DNA from: Lepidodermella squamata
Taxonomy: Eukaryota > Animalia > Gastrotricha
DNA: 64,000 bases
Direction: 5' to 3'
Assembly (NCBI GenBank): GCA_047495785.1
Contig: JBLDXI010000007.1
Location: 310,001-374,000, forward strand
Shown here: piece by piece, positions 1 through 11,401 of the stretch
Layout: each line of letters begins with the position of its first letter
Position numbering within the stretch: the first letter of the stretch is position 1
The notes under the pieces: generated by a model
Told to the model about the DNA's origin: nothing
Databases searched by the model: none
The model's input: only the letters and a program-made list of their open reading frames with translations
Program-made: the position numbers and the translations under genes

Positions 1-120
1 TTTCTGAATTTTTTGAGAAAAATCTGATTTTTAATTGTAATTTGAAAGTTTACTTCTTTGTTGCGATTTATAGGATAGCAATTTTTTTCAACACTAATTA
101 TTGCTTTTCGGAATTTGCAG

Positions 121-968
121 AGTGCCTCAACCCGCCGATTCAAACAAAGTTCTGCTCCGGACTGAGCTTGCGGTCTTACTTCGACTATTCTCGCTTCGAA
201 TGCCGAGCATTTTTCGGCTGCCAAAGCGATGACCCAGATGCGAATAACTTCGCCAGCATAGAACTATGCTACCGGTCCTGCGTAAACCAGGCCCGGCTGA
301 CTTCAGCCAGCCGCGATGCCGTCTGTGAACGCGCGCCTGTCTACAACAACTTCTGCTACCACCCGTCAGCGCGGTTCTACTACGACCGAAGCTCGCAGCG
401 TTGCTATAGCTACTTAGGCTGCCCTGTGCCTAAAACGAACAACTTCGGATCTGCGATGGAATGCACCTCGAAATGCAACGCCCCTTATTCGCCCGACTCA
501 ATGCCTATAACTACTAGCTACAACTCTAGCGTCCAACTTGGCGCAACTCGAGGTAAAACCAGCCTGACCCCTGTTGTCAGCCAATCGATCGGCAACCATT
601 ACCAACCGAATTACATCTCAACTGGAAATTACCAGCCTGTAATCAAAGCTCAAAATACTGAAAACTTGACGCCGAAAAAAACTCGACTCGCTCTCCCTGA
701 GGAAAAGGTTACTGAATCCGGAAAGACCCGTGCGGAACTGATTGATTCGTTCTTCGGGCCGAGGAATAAAGATTCAGGGCTGATGACATCGCATAGCTCT
801 GAAATTGAAAAGCCGCTACCGGAGCTATTGACAGACAGCATATTCTCACGTATACCCGGCTTTTCGTCTAAAAGTGACAACTCTAATAATAGGAAGTCGT
901 CGCCGATGGACAAATTCGAGACAGAGTGGCTATTCGGCCGGCCGATTATCAGAACTTGGAGATTATGA
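121..968 (+). CDS. G1: terminal exon of an array member (5' part outside window); 2 variant Kunitz-like domains + S/P-rich tail
   Basis: Acceptor ttgcag|121 (phase 1). CLNPPIQTKFC..CRAFFGC..NNFASIELCYRSC and CERAP..CYSYLGC..NNFGSAMECTSKC each have 6 Cys and the Kunitz NNF-x5-C-x3-C motif. AATAAA at 1066-1071. Confidence 0.85.
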
Positions 969-1759
969 TCGCTATATCATAAGCAAACTCAATAATGGCT
1001 CAAAAATCATCACTATTTTATATATGCTGATAATGGAAATTCACGATTTTTCCGAAATATTCTGTAATAAATTGTTTGGTGAAACCTAATGGACTGATTT
1101 ATAGGAAAATCTTGGGAGATGTTTCCTTTCCAGCGGTAATGAACCCAACATCATAAAAAAAACTAGCACGAATTCTGCTAAATAAGGCATGAGAAAAGAA
1201 AGCTCAGCACATCGCCAATGGATAACGCTTTCCCCTTCCTTCGTCAAATTTCAAGACTGAAATTTCGCAAGCCAAGCCAAATTTTTCCCGAAACATTTAG
1301 GCCATGATCTTCTAAATATTGTTGGACTTCATCCAGGTTAAAAAGAAATGATATAGTTGTATGTATAACATTGCAGTATTTTTCCGACTTTTTGGGGAAA
1401 TTTTCTTAACCCTTTAATTGCAGGAATGTGTAACGAGGACACATCTTTCTTTCCGAATGAAGCAGAAACTAACTAATTTCGAAGCAACAGGAAGCTTTCA
1501 GGCTGAGTGCTTTAGAAAAGCTGAATCCTTGGGCTAATTTCGGTAATTTTCTCATCATTTTATAAAAAAACTTTCGTAGCATGGTGATTTGAAACGTTAT
1601 TTAACTCGAGTAGAGTATAGGGCCCATTTCGCAGTGCTTAACACTCGGTGCGACGCAAAAAAATTAGTCCAAGAGACAATGATTCAGATTTGTTAAAACA
1701 TTCAGACTGAATGCTTCCTGAAGCTTCCTATCTGACCAAGATCAGTCCTATCCAATATA

Positions 1760-1924
1760 CAGGGTTGCCAAAAAATTCCGCAGAAGGCGACGAATTCGAT
1801 GCGCATCAAATTAATGAGGAGTTTTAAGAAGTTGAAGAATTTCAAGCATTCTTTTGACGATGGAACTCGTCATTAAAATGATGCGCATCGAATTTGCCTT
1901 CTGCGGAATTTTTTGGCCACCCTG
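1760..1924. mobile_element. Tc1/mariner-type MITE (165 bp)
   Basis: ~65-bp imperfect terminal inverted repeats CAGGGTTGCCAAAAAATTCCGCAGAAGGC... / ...GCCTTCTGCGGAATTTTTTGGCCACCCTG, flanked by TA on both sides; no coding capacity. Confidence 0.8.
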
Positions 1925-2812
1925 TATAGTAAACAGTTTTATGAATTGTTTTTAATTTTTTTTCTCATAATTCTGTTGAATTAAATGTGATCTAATAGTT
2001 TATTATCACGACTAGCATTGCCCACGCGTCATTGGACAGCGCGTGGCAGCAAGATTTGGCGTCGATTATAATGATCATCGGTATATTGAGTGAGGTAAAC
2101 AAGTTATAACAGGCATCCAGGGTAATAAAATAATAATATGATAATCGCTTAATTCAACGCATCGGCGCCTACACTGTTTTGTCGACGATCACGCCTCTAA
2201 GTGTGGGTGGATATAATTATCCTAGTAATTTGCAGGCAGTTATAAATTTCCTGATCCAGATAACTCTTTTCACTCAATACAAAAAAATAACAGTTTATAA
2301 CAACAACAAATTTTAATCATGTTTTTTAAATGACCACCGCGATTATTACACCTGAGTTGTATAGCTCGGGCTCGCTGGCGCCTCGTGTGATGATGCGCTC
2401 TCAGACGCGTATAATTATGTTAAGAATCTCTGCCTCGCTAATACAAGCGTTACCACTCACACGCGCTCACGTTTTTTGTTATTTTATCTATATGTTTTTT
2501 CTCGTGTGTACTGCTGCCGCTTCGAAGCGAGTGATGTCATTCGCGCGCACCTGCGCTCATCACCACGCTTCTTTTGAAGTTTTTTTTTCATAACATACGG
2601 TTACGGCATGACTATCAGAAGTACTACTCTGCATTTCGCCATCCCAACTGACCGCCGTGGTCAAAGTGTTGGGTTTTTCTTCGCTCGTAAGAATCATTAG
2701 CCGCCGCTTAAGAAAAGGTGATGATAGATGCGCGTTAATTAAACGCATTCGCTCCCCCATACTATAACAATATTGTGTTGTCTCTTCACCTGCTATCCTT
2801 AGGTGAAAAAAC

Positions 2813-5800
2813 ATGCTTGGTCCGGCCAGCAGTTCGTTGCGACTGGCCGTTGTGGTCGCCGGATTCGTCTTGGCACACCTTTCGGCACCCGCTCTCGCCC
2901 GTGAGCTGTGAAAATGTCACATAATTGCGTTTATTTTTTTACCGTTCAACAGAAAATTATCTGTGCCTGCCGAACACCTACATCCCGCCTGATTTCGAAT
3001 TTAATTTACCCGACGCCAAGACCTTTCCTTTCGTCAATGCTGGTTTGCAGATTTTTACCGACTTGCAAATGCCGTGCTCAGGTAGGAATTTTTGACAATA
3101 ATCATTGATGTTTAAAAATAAACTATTAAATTGGACTAATTGATTAATAATTTCAAAATTAGGAAAAATAACCGATTTAACTTCAAAAATAATCAGCTAA
3201 ATTCAGCTTTCAGCTTTCATAATTTTTGTATATCAGGTCTCTTGAATAAATGGCAATTCGTGGCTCGAGTTGCGGTAGTCAAAGGCCTTAACTTGGGCGT
3301 GTTTCGTTGGAAGGATGCCAACACGATGACAATAGTCGGCGTGACGTCACTCGATGGCGTCGAAACTGGCATTGTTAACCAAACTGCGGCCTGGATCGAA
3401 GCCGAAATCCAACAGCCAATCGCCGTTAAACAAGGCGATATGCTAGGATTTTTCTACGACCGACTCGACATTTCCAGCTCGGAAATGGCTCTTCCGACGC
3501 GCCAGGTCGGCTTCTTGGCACCAGACTCTTTACCGCCGACCATTGTCCTACTTCAGGACAAAGCTACGATTGTCCGAAATGGTTTGAAATTGAGAGGAAT
3601 AACTAATCAAAGCTAATACGGGTTCATTTTTTGGTAGGCTTGATTTTCCTTGATCAATCTAATCGTGTCACCCGAGTTCCAGCCCTAGGAGCCGTCCTTA
3701 CTACGTCATCCAATGCCCCAGTTCAGAACCCTGACTCATTTGCGTCCTCGCTTCAGTGCCAAAGAGTCACTAGAATTCCGGAAAATCTGCCCACCGAAAG
3801 AGTTAAGGATTATCCATCAGCCGAGTCAGGTTTACAGGTAAAATCTAAAATGCCTCCTAGATTCGAAAATCTAGGTCAAATTTTCAGATTTTTACCAAAC
3901 TTCAAGTACCTTGCGCCGGCTATATTACTTGGTGGCAATTCATCTCCCGCAATGCGCAAATTATCGGCCTTCATTTAGGAGTTTTCCGGCCAGTCGATAA
4001 CAACGGCCTTCGTCTAATTGGGGAAACCGTCATAGAAAACGTCACAGCTGTCCGATACGTCGATCCTAACGATGGCTGGGTCAAGTATCCTGCTAACCCT
4101 CCAATTTCCGTGAAACCTGGTGATTTCTTAGGTAAAGATATAGGAACCTTTTCATCAGCTTCAAAAACTACCTTATAATGTAGGAATCTTTTACTCGAAC
4201 TTCCTGTCGTCCTCCGATGTCAGCATCGCTACTCGTGAAGATGCAGCATCTTTAGCCTATATCTATTTGAATGACGGCACATCGGTCAAAGTTTACAGTA
4301 GGTTCTTTCACCTAATTTCGATTCGATTTTTTTTATGTGTTCCTTTTAGCCACGTTGAACGGAGATGATGCTACCAGGGTTGGTCGATTGCCGTTGCTTT
4401 ACGCCTATGCCGAGTATCTGGACAATCCGCCGTCAGTGCCACCACCGAACCCTTGCCAAAGTACAACGTGCATGCCTCAGGAGTTCTGCGCCAGCTTGCC
4501 GCCAGCCAACTCGTTCAACTACTACGAGGCTGGACTTTCGGTGTTCACGTACTTGCAAGTCCCTTGCTCAGGCGTCCTCACCGAGTGGAAATTCGTCGTC
4601 AACAACTTTGTTGCAGTTTACGGCCTGCATTTGGGCATTTTCCGCCCGCGCGAGTCCGCACCTCGCTTGGAACTCGTCGCCGAGAATATCATCAATTTCT
4701 CGCCGTTCAACGGCAGTGATGCCAGTCTGGTCTGGGTGACTCGCCCGGCCGAGCCGCCGCTCCAAGTTCAAACCGGTGATTACATTGGCATGTTTTACGA
4801 GCGCATCAACTTGGACCAGAAATATCTGGCTATTCCGGCCCGGCGGAACACCCCAGATACGGCTAATATCCCGCCAACTCTTGTCTACATTGTAGATAAC
4901 TCGCAAATGAGTGTTAACAGTGAGTTTTCGAAATTATACCAAATTTCCACCAGAATACCAGATTAAAATTTCGAACCTCCCCCCGAACAAAAATGTCATC
5001 GCCATCATTTCGCCATTTTTTCGGAATTGCCTAATTGGCCTTAAAACATATCATAAATTTGCATAAAAAGAAATTAAAAAAAAATCCCGAAAAAAATTAG
5101 AAAACTAATTTGTGGAAAAAATCGATAATTTCCTGGTTTTTTAAATATATATGTTTCTGAAATTTCTGACATATTTTGGGTCTGGTGAAAATCTGGTGAA
5201 ATTATTGTTCGGATCAACTCGAAACACGAGTTTCCGTCGTCGAAAAGAGTCCCCCAGTTTCGAAGTCCCAAGTTGTGCAATAAGTCGGGAAATTAGGAGG
5301 TCAAGCTTTTAGCTTTCAATTTTTCGATATTTTTCGCCAATCGACTACACTGTTAAAATTAGAAATTACCGAAGAAGTCCCGAAAAAGTCCCGAAAACCG
5401 AATGGAAACTTGTTCGGTAGTTTTCGGTATTTTTGACGGGTTTTTTCCATTCCCATTGAAACACTTCATAGCTGATTTGCATTTTCATGACTTTTAAATC
5501 ACTCCCGCGAGGCACGAAATCGGAAACTGCCTCTCATTCTTGGATTTCGAACCTTTATCCCAGTATTTGCTTTACTTAAGAGAGATAGATACGGCGTATA
5601 GAAATTTTGATCTCCTTGCAATGCTGCTCAACTTTTTTGAATTCTTAATTTTGTAATCCAATTTTTCTGATAATCATTGAGTTTTGATTCCTAATTGATA
5701 GCAAGTTTTTTCAATTTTCTGTTATTTTCCTAGAGATTTTGGACACCACTACCGCGAGTCAAGATCGTCGTAAACCAGCGTTGATGGCTACGATAAGAAG

Positions 5801-8209
5801 CGGCGGCTACACTACAACTGTGCCACCAACTCGACCCCTGCCATCCACCACACCCTTTTATTTCACAACCCCGAGCCGGGCTACGACAACCACGACCCGC
5901 CCAACGACAACGACCACGACAACGACTACAACCACAACAACCACGCCTATCCCTACGACTACAACCACAACGCGACGTGTCATCACTGTAACAACATCGA
6001 GGACCCCATTGCCGAGGACTGCAACGGAACCGTTCACCGTGCCTATTACGGATACTCAACCGCCGTTTTTCACCATCACCACAAGGACAACGCCAACTAC
6101 AACCACGACTTTACCATGGGTTACTGACGACCCTAATAACTGGTTTACTAATACGATCCCGACAGTGACGACGCCGCGGCCGACTACTACTATCCGGTTA
6201 TTGACGACGCCGACCACTACGACTCCTGATCCTTGGGACAACACAGATGATCCTTGGTTTACTATTACAGATACTACGCCGAGACGAATTACTACTACGC
6301 CTCGTAGGATTCCGATTCCGATTACGACTACAATGGAGCCACCAACTGATGAGCCTGAGATACCCTGGTGGCTTACAACTCGTCCGATTACAACTAGGTA
6401 AGTCGAGAGGGAGCTTTTCTTATCAATTCTTACCTTATTTCATCGAATAGACGACTTACAACTGTCACAAGATGGTTTACCCCGAGTACCACGACTACAA
6501 TACCGGCGGATCAACGAACGACGTGGGTCAATATTCAGCAACAAGCTCAAAGCCGTGAGTTTTATAATGAAAATCTCTCGAAATAGGTTGAAAAAATGAT
6601 GTTGCCTTAGGTTGCAATCTTCAACCGGCGATTCCGCGTAATTGTTACCCGCAGCAGATGCGGTTTTTCTATGACTACTTTGGAGGCGTTTGCAAGAGTG
6701 CCATCGGCTGCCCGGATTTGACGACGGGTGAAACGAACAACTTTCAGTCATTGGCCGATTGCAATATTTACTGCTCACAATCGGGTACGCATTACTCTTT
6801 TAAATATATTTTCGCACCTCTGAAAGGTCAAGGGTCAAGATCGCTTCAACTTCAACCTCTTGATGCCCTATACACTAAATTAATACTAAGATAAATTGTG
6901 CGGCCAACTTGCGGCACCCTAAATTTTGACGATTCCAGCTTTAAATTTGGCCAAAAAATGGATTTTCTGAAAGTGATTCTCGATTTTAGAAACAGAATAT
7001 CTTTTAGCGGAACCAAATTTACGGTGAGCTGGAACCTAATTTGCTGGAGCGGAACCAAATTTGCATTTTGCGGAACCAAAGTCGAAATATACCTAGTGTC
7101 ACTGTTTGAATAATTCTACGAATTTTAGGCGAAGGATCATTTCTCAATTGAACACCCTACCTTATGGAGAATTTTGCGCTGAATTTACTGGTGTTTTTTC
7201 GAATTATTGTGGTCAATCTTCACCCGCAAGAATTATCCGAAAAGTGATTTCAGGCCACTAGAAAATTCCAAAAAATTTGGTTCCGCTCACCGTAAATTTG
7301 GTTCCGGTAAAAGGAAGACCCTTTTAGAAATTAGTGATTTTTCCAACATGAAAAAGAAAATTCCTAGATAACTCGGGGTTCCAAGTGGCTAAAATGAAAA
7401 AATCTTATGGCCATATCATTAACGTCGTTAAATAGTCGGATCTAAGCTTGTTCACCTTAGCTTTAAGGTGGCAGCAAAAGCGGCAAGTAAAACAGCTTAG
7501 TTTTTGCCTTTCACTCACGTGAAAACTACATGCAAACGCCCCTTTTACTGCCACCTTAAAGCTAATCTAAAAAGAAGAAAATCTAAAGAAGAAAATCTAA
7601 AGGAAAAAATGGAAAACCCCTAAAATTGAATATAGCGTTTGAATTTCGTGCTTCGGGTTTAGCTATAGCCACCGGTAAATAGGCCTAATAAAGAGATTTT
7701 TCAAGAAACTTGGTAATTCGAGTTTCGACAATAAGGACGCTTTTTGTACACATTTTTTAGCTGTAATTGAGGAGAAAAATTACTGCTAATTTCTGAAATT
7801 GAGCTATAAATCTAAGGAAATCTAAAGAAATTCTAAAGAAATGGCTCCAGTTTAGGGTTCGTTCGTATGGCTTGCCTGTGGCCATCGTAATTCGTTCAGG
7901 AAATTTCATCGTTGGAAAATGCAATCATTATCCTCATACGTTCACTTTTTAGACTTGACTCCTTTTTCAGAAGCTCGAGCCTCCGAGTGCTTCTTGTCTC
8001 CATCGGCGGCGCTGGTCTGCCCTGTGCCGACTACGCGCTACTACTACAGCATATCGTCGGGCGTTTGCGCGCCTTTCCTGGGCTGCGCCGCAACGGCCGG
8101 CTCGGCGAACAACTTCGCAACGTACAGCGACTGCGCGACCCGCTGCCGCGTTGTCAACCGCCAGCCCGGCATTGTCATCGAGCAGACGACGTTCTTTGCC
8201 AGGAAGTAG
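2813..8209 (+). CDS. G2: multi-exon secreted protein; signal peptide, 3x domain X, long Thr/Pro mucin-like stalk, 2 variant Kunitz domains
   Basis: ATG 2813 MLGPASSSLRLAVVVAGFVLAHLSAPALA; exon 1 2813-2900, intron 2901-2952. NAGLQIF..MPCSG, ESGLQ|IF..VPCAG and EAGLSVF..VPCSG motifs; Thr tract ~5810-6560; Kunitz exons ~6611-6784 and ~7953-8209; stop TAG 8207-8209. Confidence 0.85.
7001..7323. mobile_element. MITE/foldback-like dispersed repeat, copy 1 (in G2 intron)
   Basis: Left CTTTTAGCGGAACCAAATTTACGGTGAGC is the near reverse complement of GCTCACCGTAAATTTGGTTCCGGTAAAAG (ending 7313); second copy at 26856-27107. Confidence 0.75.
7467..7555. mobile_element. Very short TIR element flanked by TTAA (Kolobok-like MITE; class tentative)
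   Basis: TTAA|GGTGGCAGCAAAAG ... CTTTTACTGCCACC|TTAA; the palindromy extends into the flanks (7457-7565). Confidence 0.55.
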
Positions 8210-8516
8210 CCGCGCGCAACACGGCTACACGCAACATACCCGTGCAAATCTCGCTAACAGCTTTTTATAGCAAATTTTTAAAAATGTCTCTCTCTCTCAC
8301 GTTCTCGCTCCTGCTGCTTGTTACAAAAAGACTTGTATCAATGTTTTCGTGTTTCCGCTGTTTGCTCGTAAAAAGCTGAACTGCTAACAAACGTCCGGAT
8401 GATGATATCATGTGTTTGCATCATGAAATGCGATGAGTGTTTATTTTTCATAAAATAATAAAAAATATTACAAAAAAGACGCCTTAATTTTTTCGTCCGA
8501 AACTCGAATTCGCAGC

Positions 8517-11162
8517 ATGAAGAATAGGCAGATAATGGCGATTGTTTCTCTCGTCGCCATTTTCCGAAGATGTCTCGCAGGTAGCATACGGTTTCCTCTG
8601 ATGATGTAGTTCGCATAGATTTGAAAACAGATTCGAATTTATGTGCGGCTGGCAGCCAACTTCAAATACCCGAAGAGGAAGAATTTTACGAACAATCGAA
8701 TTCGAGGTTCCCATCTGCCGAAGCCGGACTTCAAGTTGGCAATAATTATCAATTAAAATTTCGATAATTTAACTCATTTTACAGATTTTCACAAACTACA
8801 GAATAAACTGCTCAGGTTAGTAAAATCTTCGAGGAAAAATAGATCGGATTTTTTTGTTGATAGGAATTATCACGAAATGGCGACTGATGGCTCGAACTGC
8901 CAACATAACTGGTCTCCACCTAGCTGTTTTCAGATTCCTAAGCCCTCAATTTTTGAAGCTAGTCGGCGAAGTTTACTATAAGAAACACCCATCTGGAATT
9001 ATCGATAACACCCCTAGTTGGATTACTTTGACTTTAGACCAGCCTCTTCGAGTTGAGGCTGGTGACGTAATCGGTAAGAATTTTACGACTTCCACTGGGC
9101 ATTAATTTCAGCTTTAATTTTGGGAAGGAATGTTTTACGATAAATTTACGACCCCTTCAAGTGTGATAGCTGTTGCCTCGCGAGTTTCCGGCGCCAATAA
9201 CACGATCGCCCTTCTGCTAGACAAAAGCCACTTCAAGAACAACAGTTTGAATTTGGATGATGGCCAAAAATGCTTATATTTTTTACTCTGAATTATTTTA
9301 GAAATGGTTTCCATTGTTGGAATACCGTTAATCGCCCGAACCCCAGCTCTGGGCTTTGTTCTCGAGGGTGACATGGATTCGTTTATAACTTCAGCCCCAG
9401 GGCATTGCGTAGCGTCTCGAAATGTGGCTGTTCCCGAGGGCTTCGTCGAAGATGACCCGGGGAACTATCCATTCGTCGAAGCAGGACTGCAAGCAAGCTA
9501 TTAAATTCGCCAATCTGATGTCTATATTGTGACTTATTTTTTTCAGATTTTCGCAAACTTGCAAATTCCTTGCACTGGGTTTTTGAAGGAGTGGCGTTTT
9601 GTAGTTCGCCCACCGGTGATTTTCGGCCTTCATCTGGCTGTTTTTCGTAAACGCGGGTACAACGCCTTTGATCTTATCGGCGAGACTTTGATCGACTCGC
9701 GACTAAGCAACATTACAGATTTCACTTACGGTAACTGGCTATCATTCGTGGCAGATCCGCCGATAGCTGTGATGAAAGGCGATTTTATCGGCATTTACTA
9801 CGACCAACTTAAAACGCGGGACGTTGTCCTAACTATTCCTAGTCGCTTGCCAAATAGGCAAAACTTCGAACGCGGGAAAGCTTTCGTCTTCCTTGCTGAT
9901 AGGAAATCCTTACTCAATTATACAGGTTATTCCTATGTCTTGATATTTGAATTAATCTTTCATAAGAAATTTTAGCTTTAAATGCTGCGACCAGCTTGTC
10001 CCTCGAAAGGATTCCGGCTTTATCGGCGGTTATAGGCGATCTTAAGACCCCGGTTACAACAACCTTGGGGCCTCAAATCTGCGAATCGAATGCCACTGTC
10101 CCAAATGATTTTAGAGACGGCCTACCATCGTCGAACCTTTTTGACCTCTACGAAGCTGGTTTACAGGTCTAAAAATCACACAAATTTCCAAATTTATCGG
10201 TTAATTTTATGCGCAGGTATTCAACTACATGAGAATTCCTTGTAGTGGTGAGATAGGATTTTTGTTATTTCATCGCCTTAATTTCGGATTTTATCATCCA
10301 GGAAAAATAGTTGAATGGAATTTTGTGAGCAAATCTCGCGTTGTTTATGGTCTTCACCTGGCCGTTTTTCGTAAAAATGAATTCGACACAACATTGGAGT
10401 TGGTTGGTGAAACAGCGCTGAGCTACAACCCAAGTGAAGCTGATCCTAATACAAAGGCCTGGATTACGCTGGCAGCGGATCCGCCGATCAACGTTAGGGC
10501 AGGGGATTACATTGGCATGTATTACGATAAATTGGAGACCAGCGACGAATTTCTTACCATACCAAGCACGAGTTACAACCAAGTGCTTTCTGACGGCAAA
10601 AAAGCTACTACCTACGTATGGCTAACAGATAAAACTAGCTTGGATAGAAGTAAGGAATAGCAATTTAATTTTCAAATATTTTTCAAAAATTTATTTAATT
10701 TATTTTAGATTTTGTAGACACCCTAGATGCTATTCTTGTAACTCGAGCTGTAGCCCTAGCTGCGGTTGTTAGGGCAAAAGACAGCCAATCAGACATTTTA
10801 GTCTCGGCCGAAGAGGATGACATAATTCCTATAAGGACATATCCAAGCCATACAGAACCACATATTACGACCCGAATGACTACGTCAGTCGCGATTGTTA
10901 CTCTAGGTGGCGTAGCTGCTCCTAAAACCGATCGTAATTTTTCATGAATTAAAGTTCCTGGCTATATAGGTTTTATTTTCGTTTAGGATGTAGCACAAGG
11001 AGACCAAAGGCCTTATCGAAGTGTGACTCGTGGCGGTTCAAATTTTCCTACGATCCTCGCATGAATGCTTGCCGTTCGTTTTGGAGCTGTGAAACGTCAG
11101 ATTTCGGCTTCTCAACCCGCTCGGAATGCCTGAAAACTTGCGCCGAGGCTTCACGCTTCTAG
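8517..11162 (+). CDS. G3: secreted protein; 3x domain X, short linker, 1 degenerate Kunitz-like domain
   Basis: MKNRQIMAIVSLVAIFRRCLA (exon 8517-8580). Three EAGLQ/GLHLAVFR/GD.IG sets; 31-nt mini-exons; GC-AG intron 9493-9546; last exon CSTRRPKALSKCDSWRFKFSYDPRMNACRSFWSC..GFSTRSECLKTC*; AATAAA 11267-11272. Confidence 0.85.
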
Positions 11163-11401
11163 TTATATTCGGTGAATTATTTTATATATAGGAACATTCA
11201 CGAATTGCTGTTAGCACGAGTTGCACCAGAACTGTCATGTTTTACTCAGCGGAGATAATTTAGAGCAATAAAAAGAGTATTCTCACGCGTGATGTTTTTG
11301 ATCTATGTAGTATAATATCGAACCTACGCGACAAGAAGGGTCGCGTGGGTGTTCCTTAAACGCAGAAAGCAACAGCTTCCAAAATTCTGGAAGGTAATAT
11401 A

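Noticed and set aside
42-120. N-terminal extensions of ORF-track entries starting at TTG/GTG with F/I/K/N-rich sequence
   Set aside because: Translated intron sequence from prokaryote-style ORF calling; real exons start at AG acceptors (e.g. 121).
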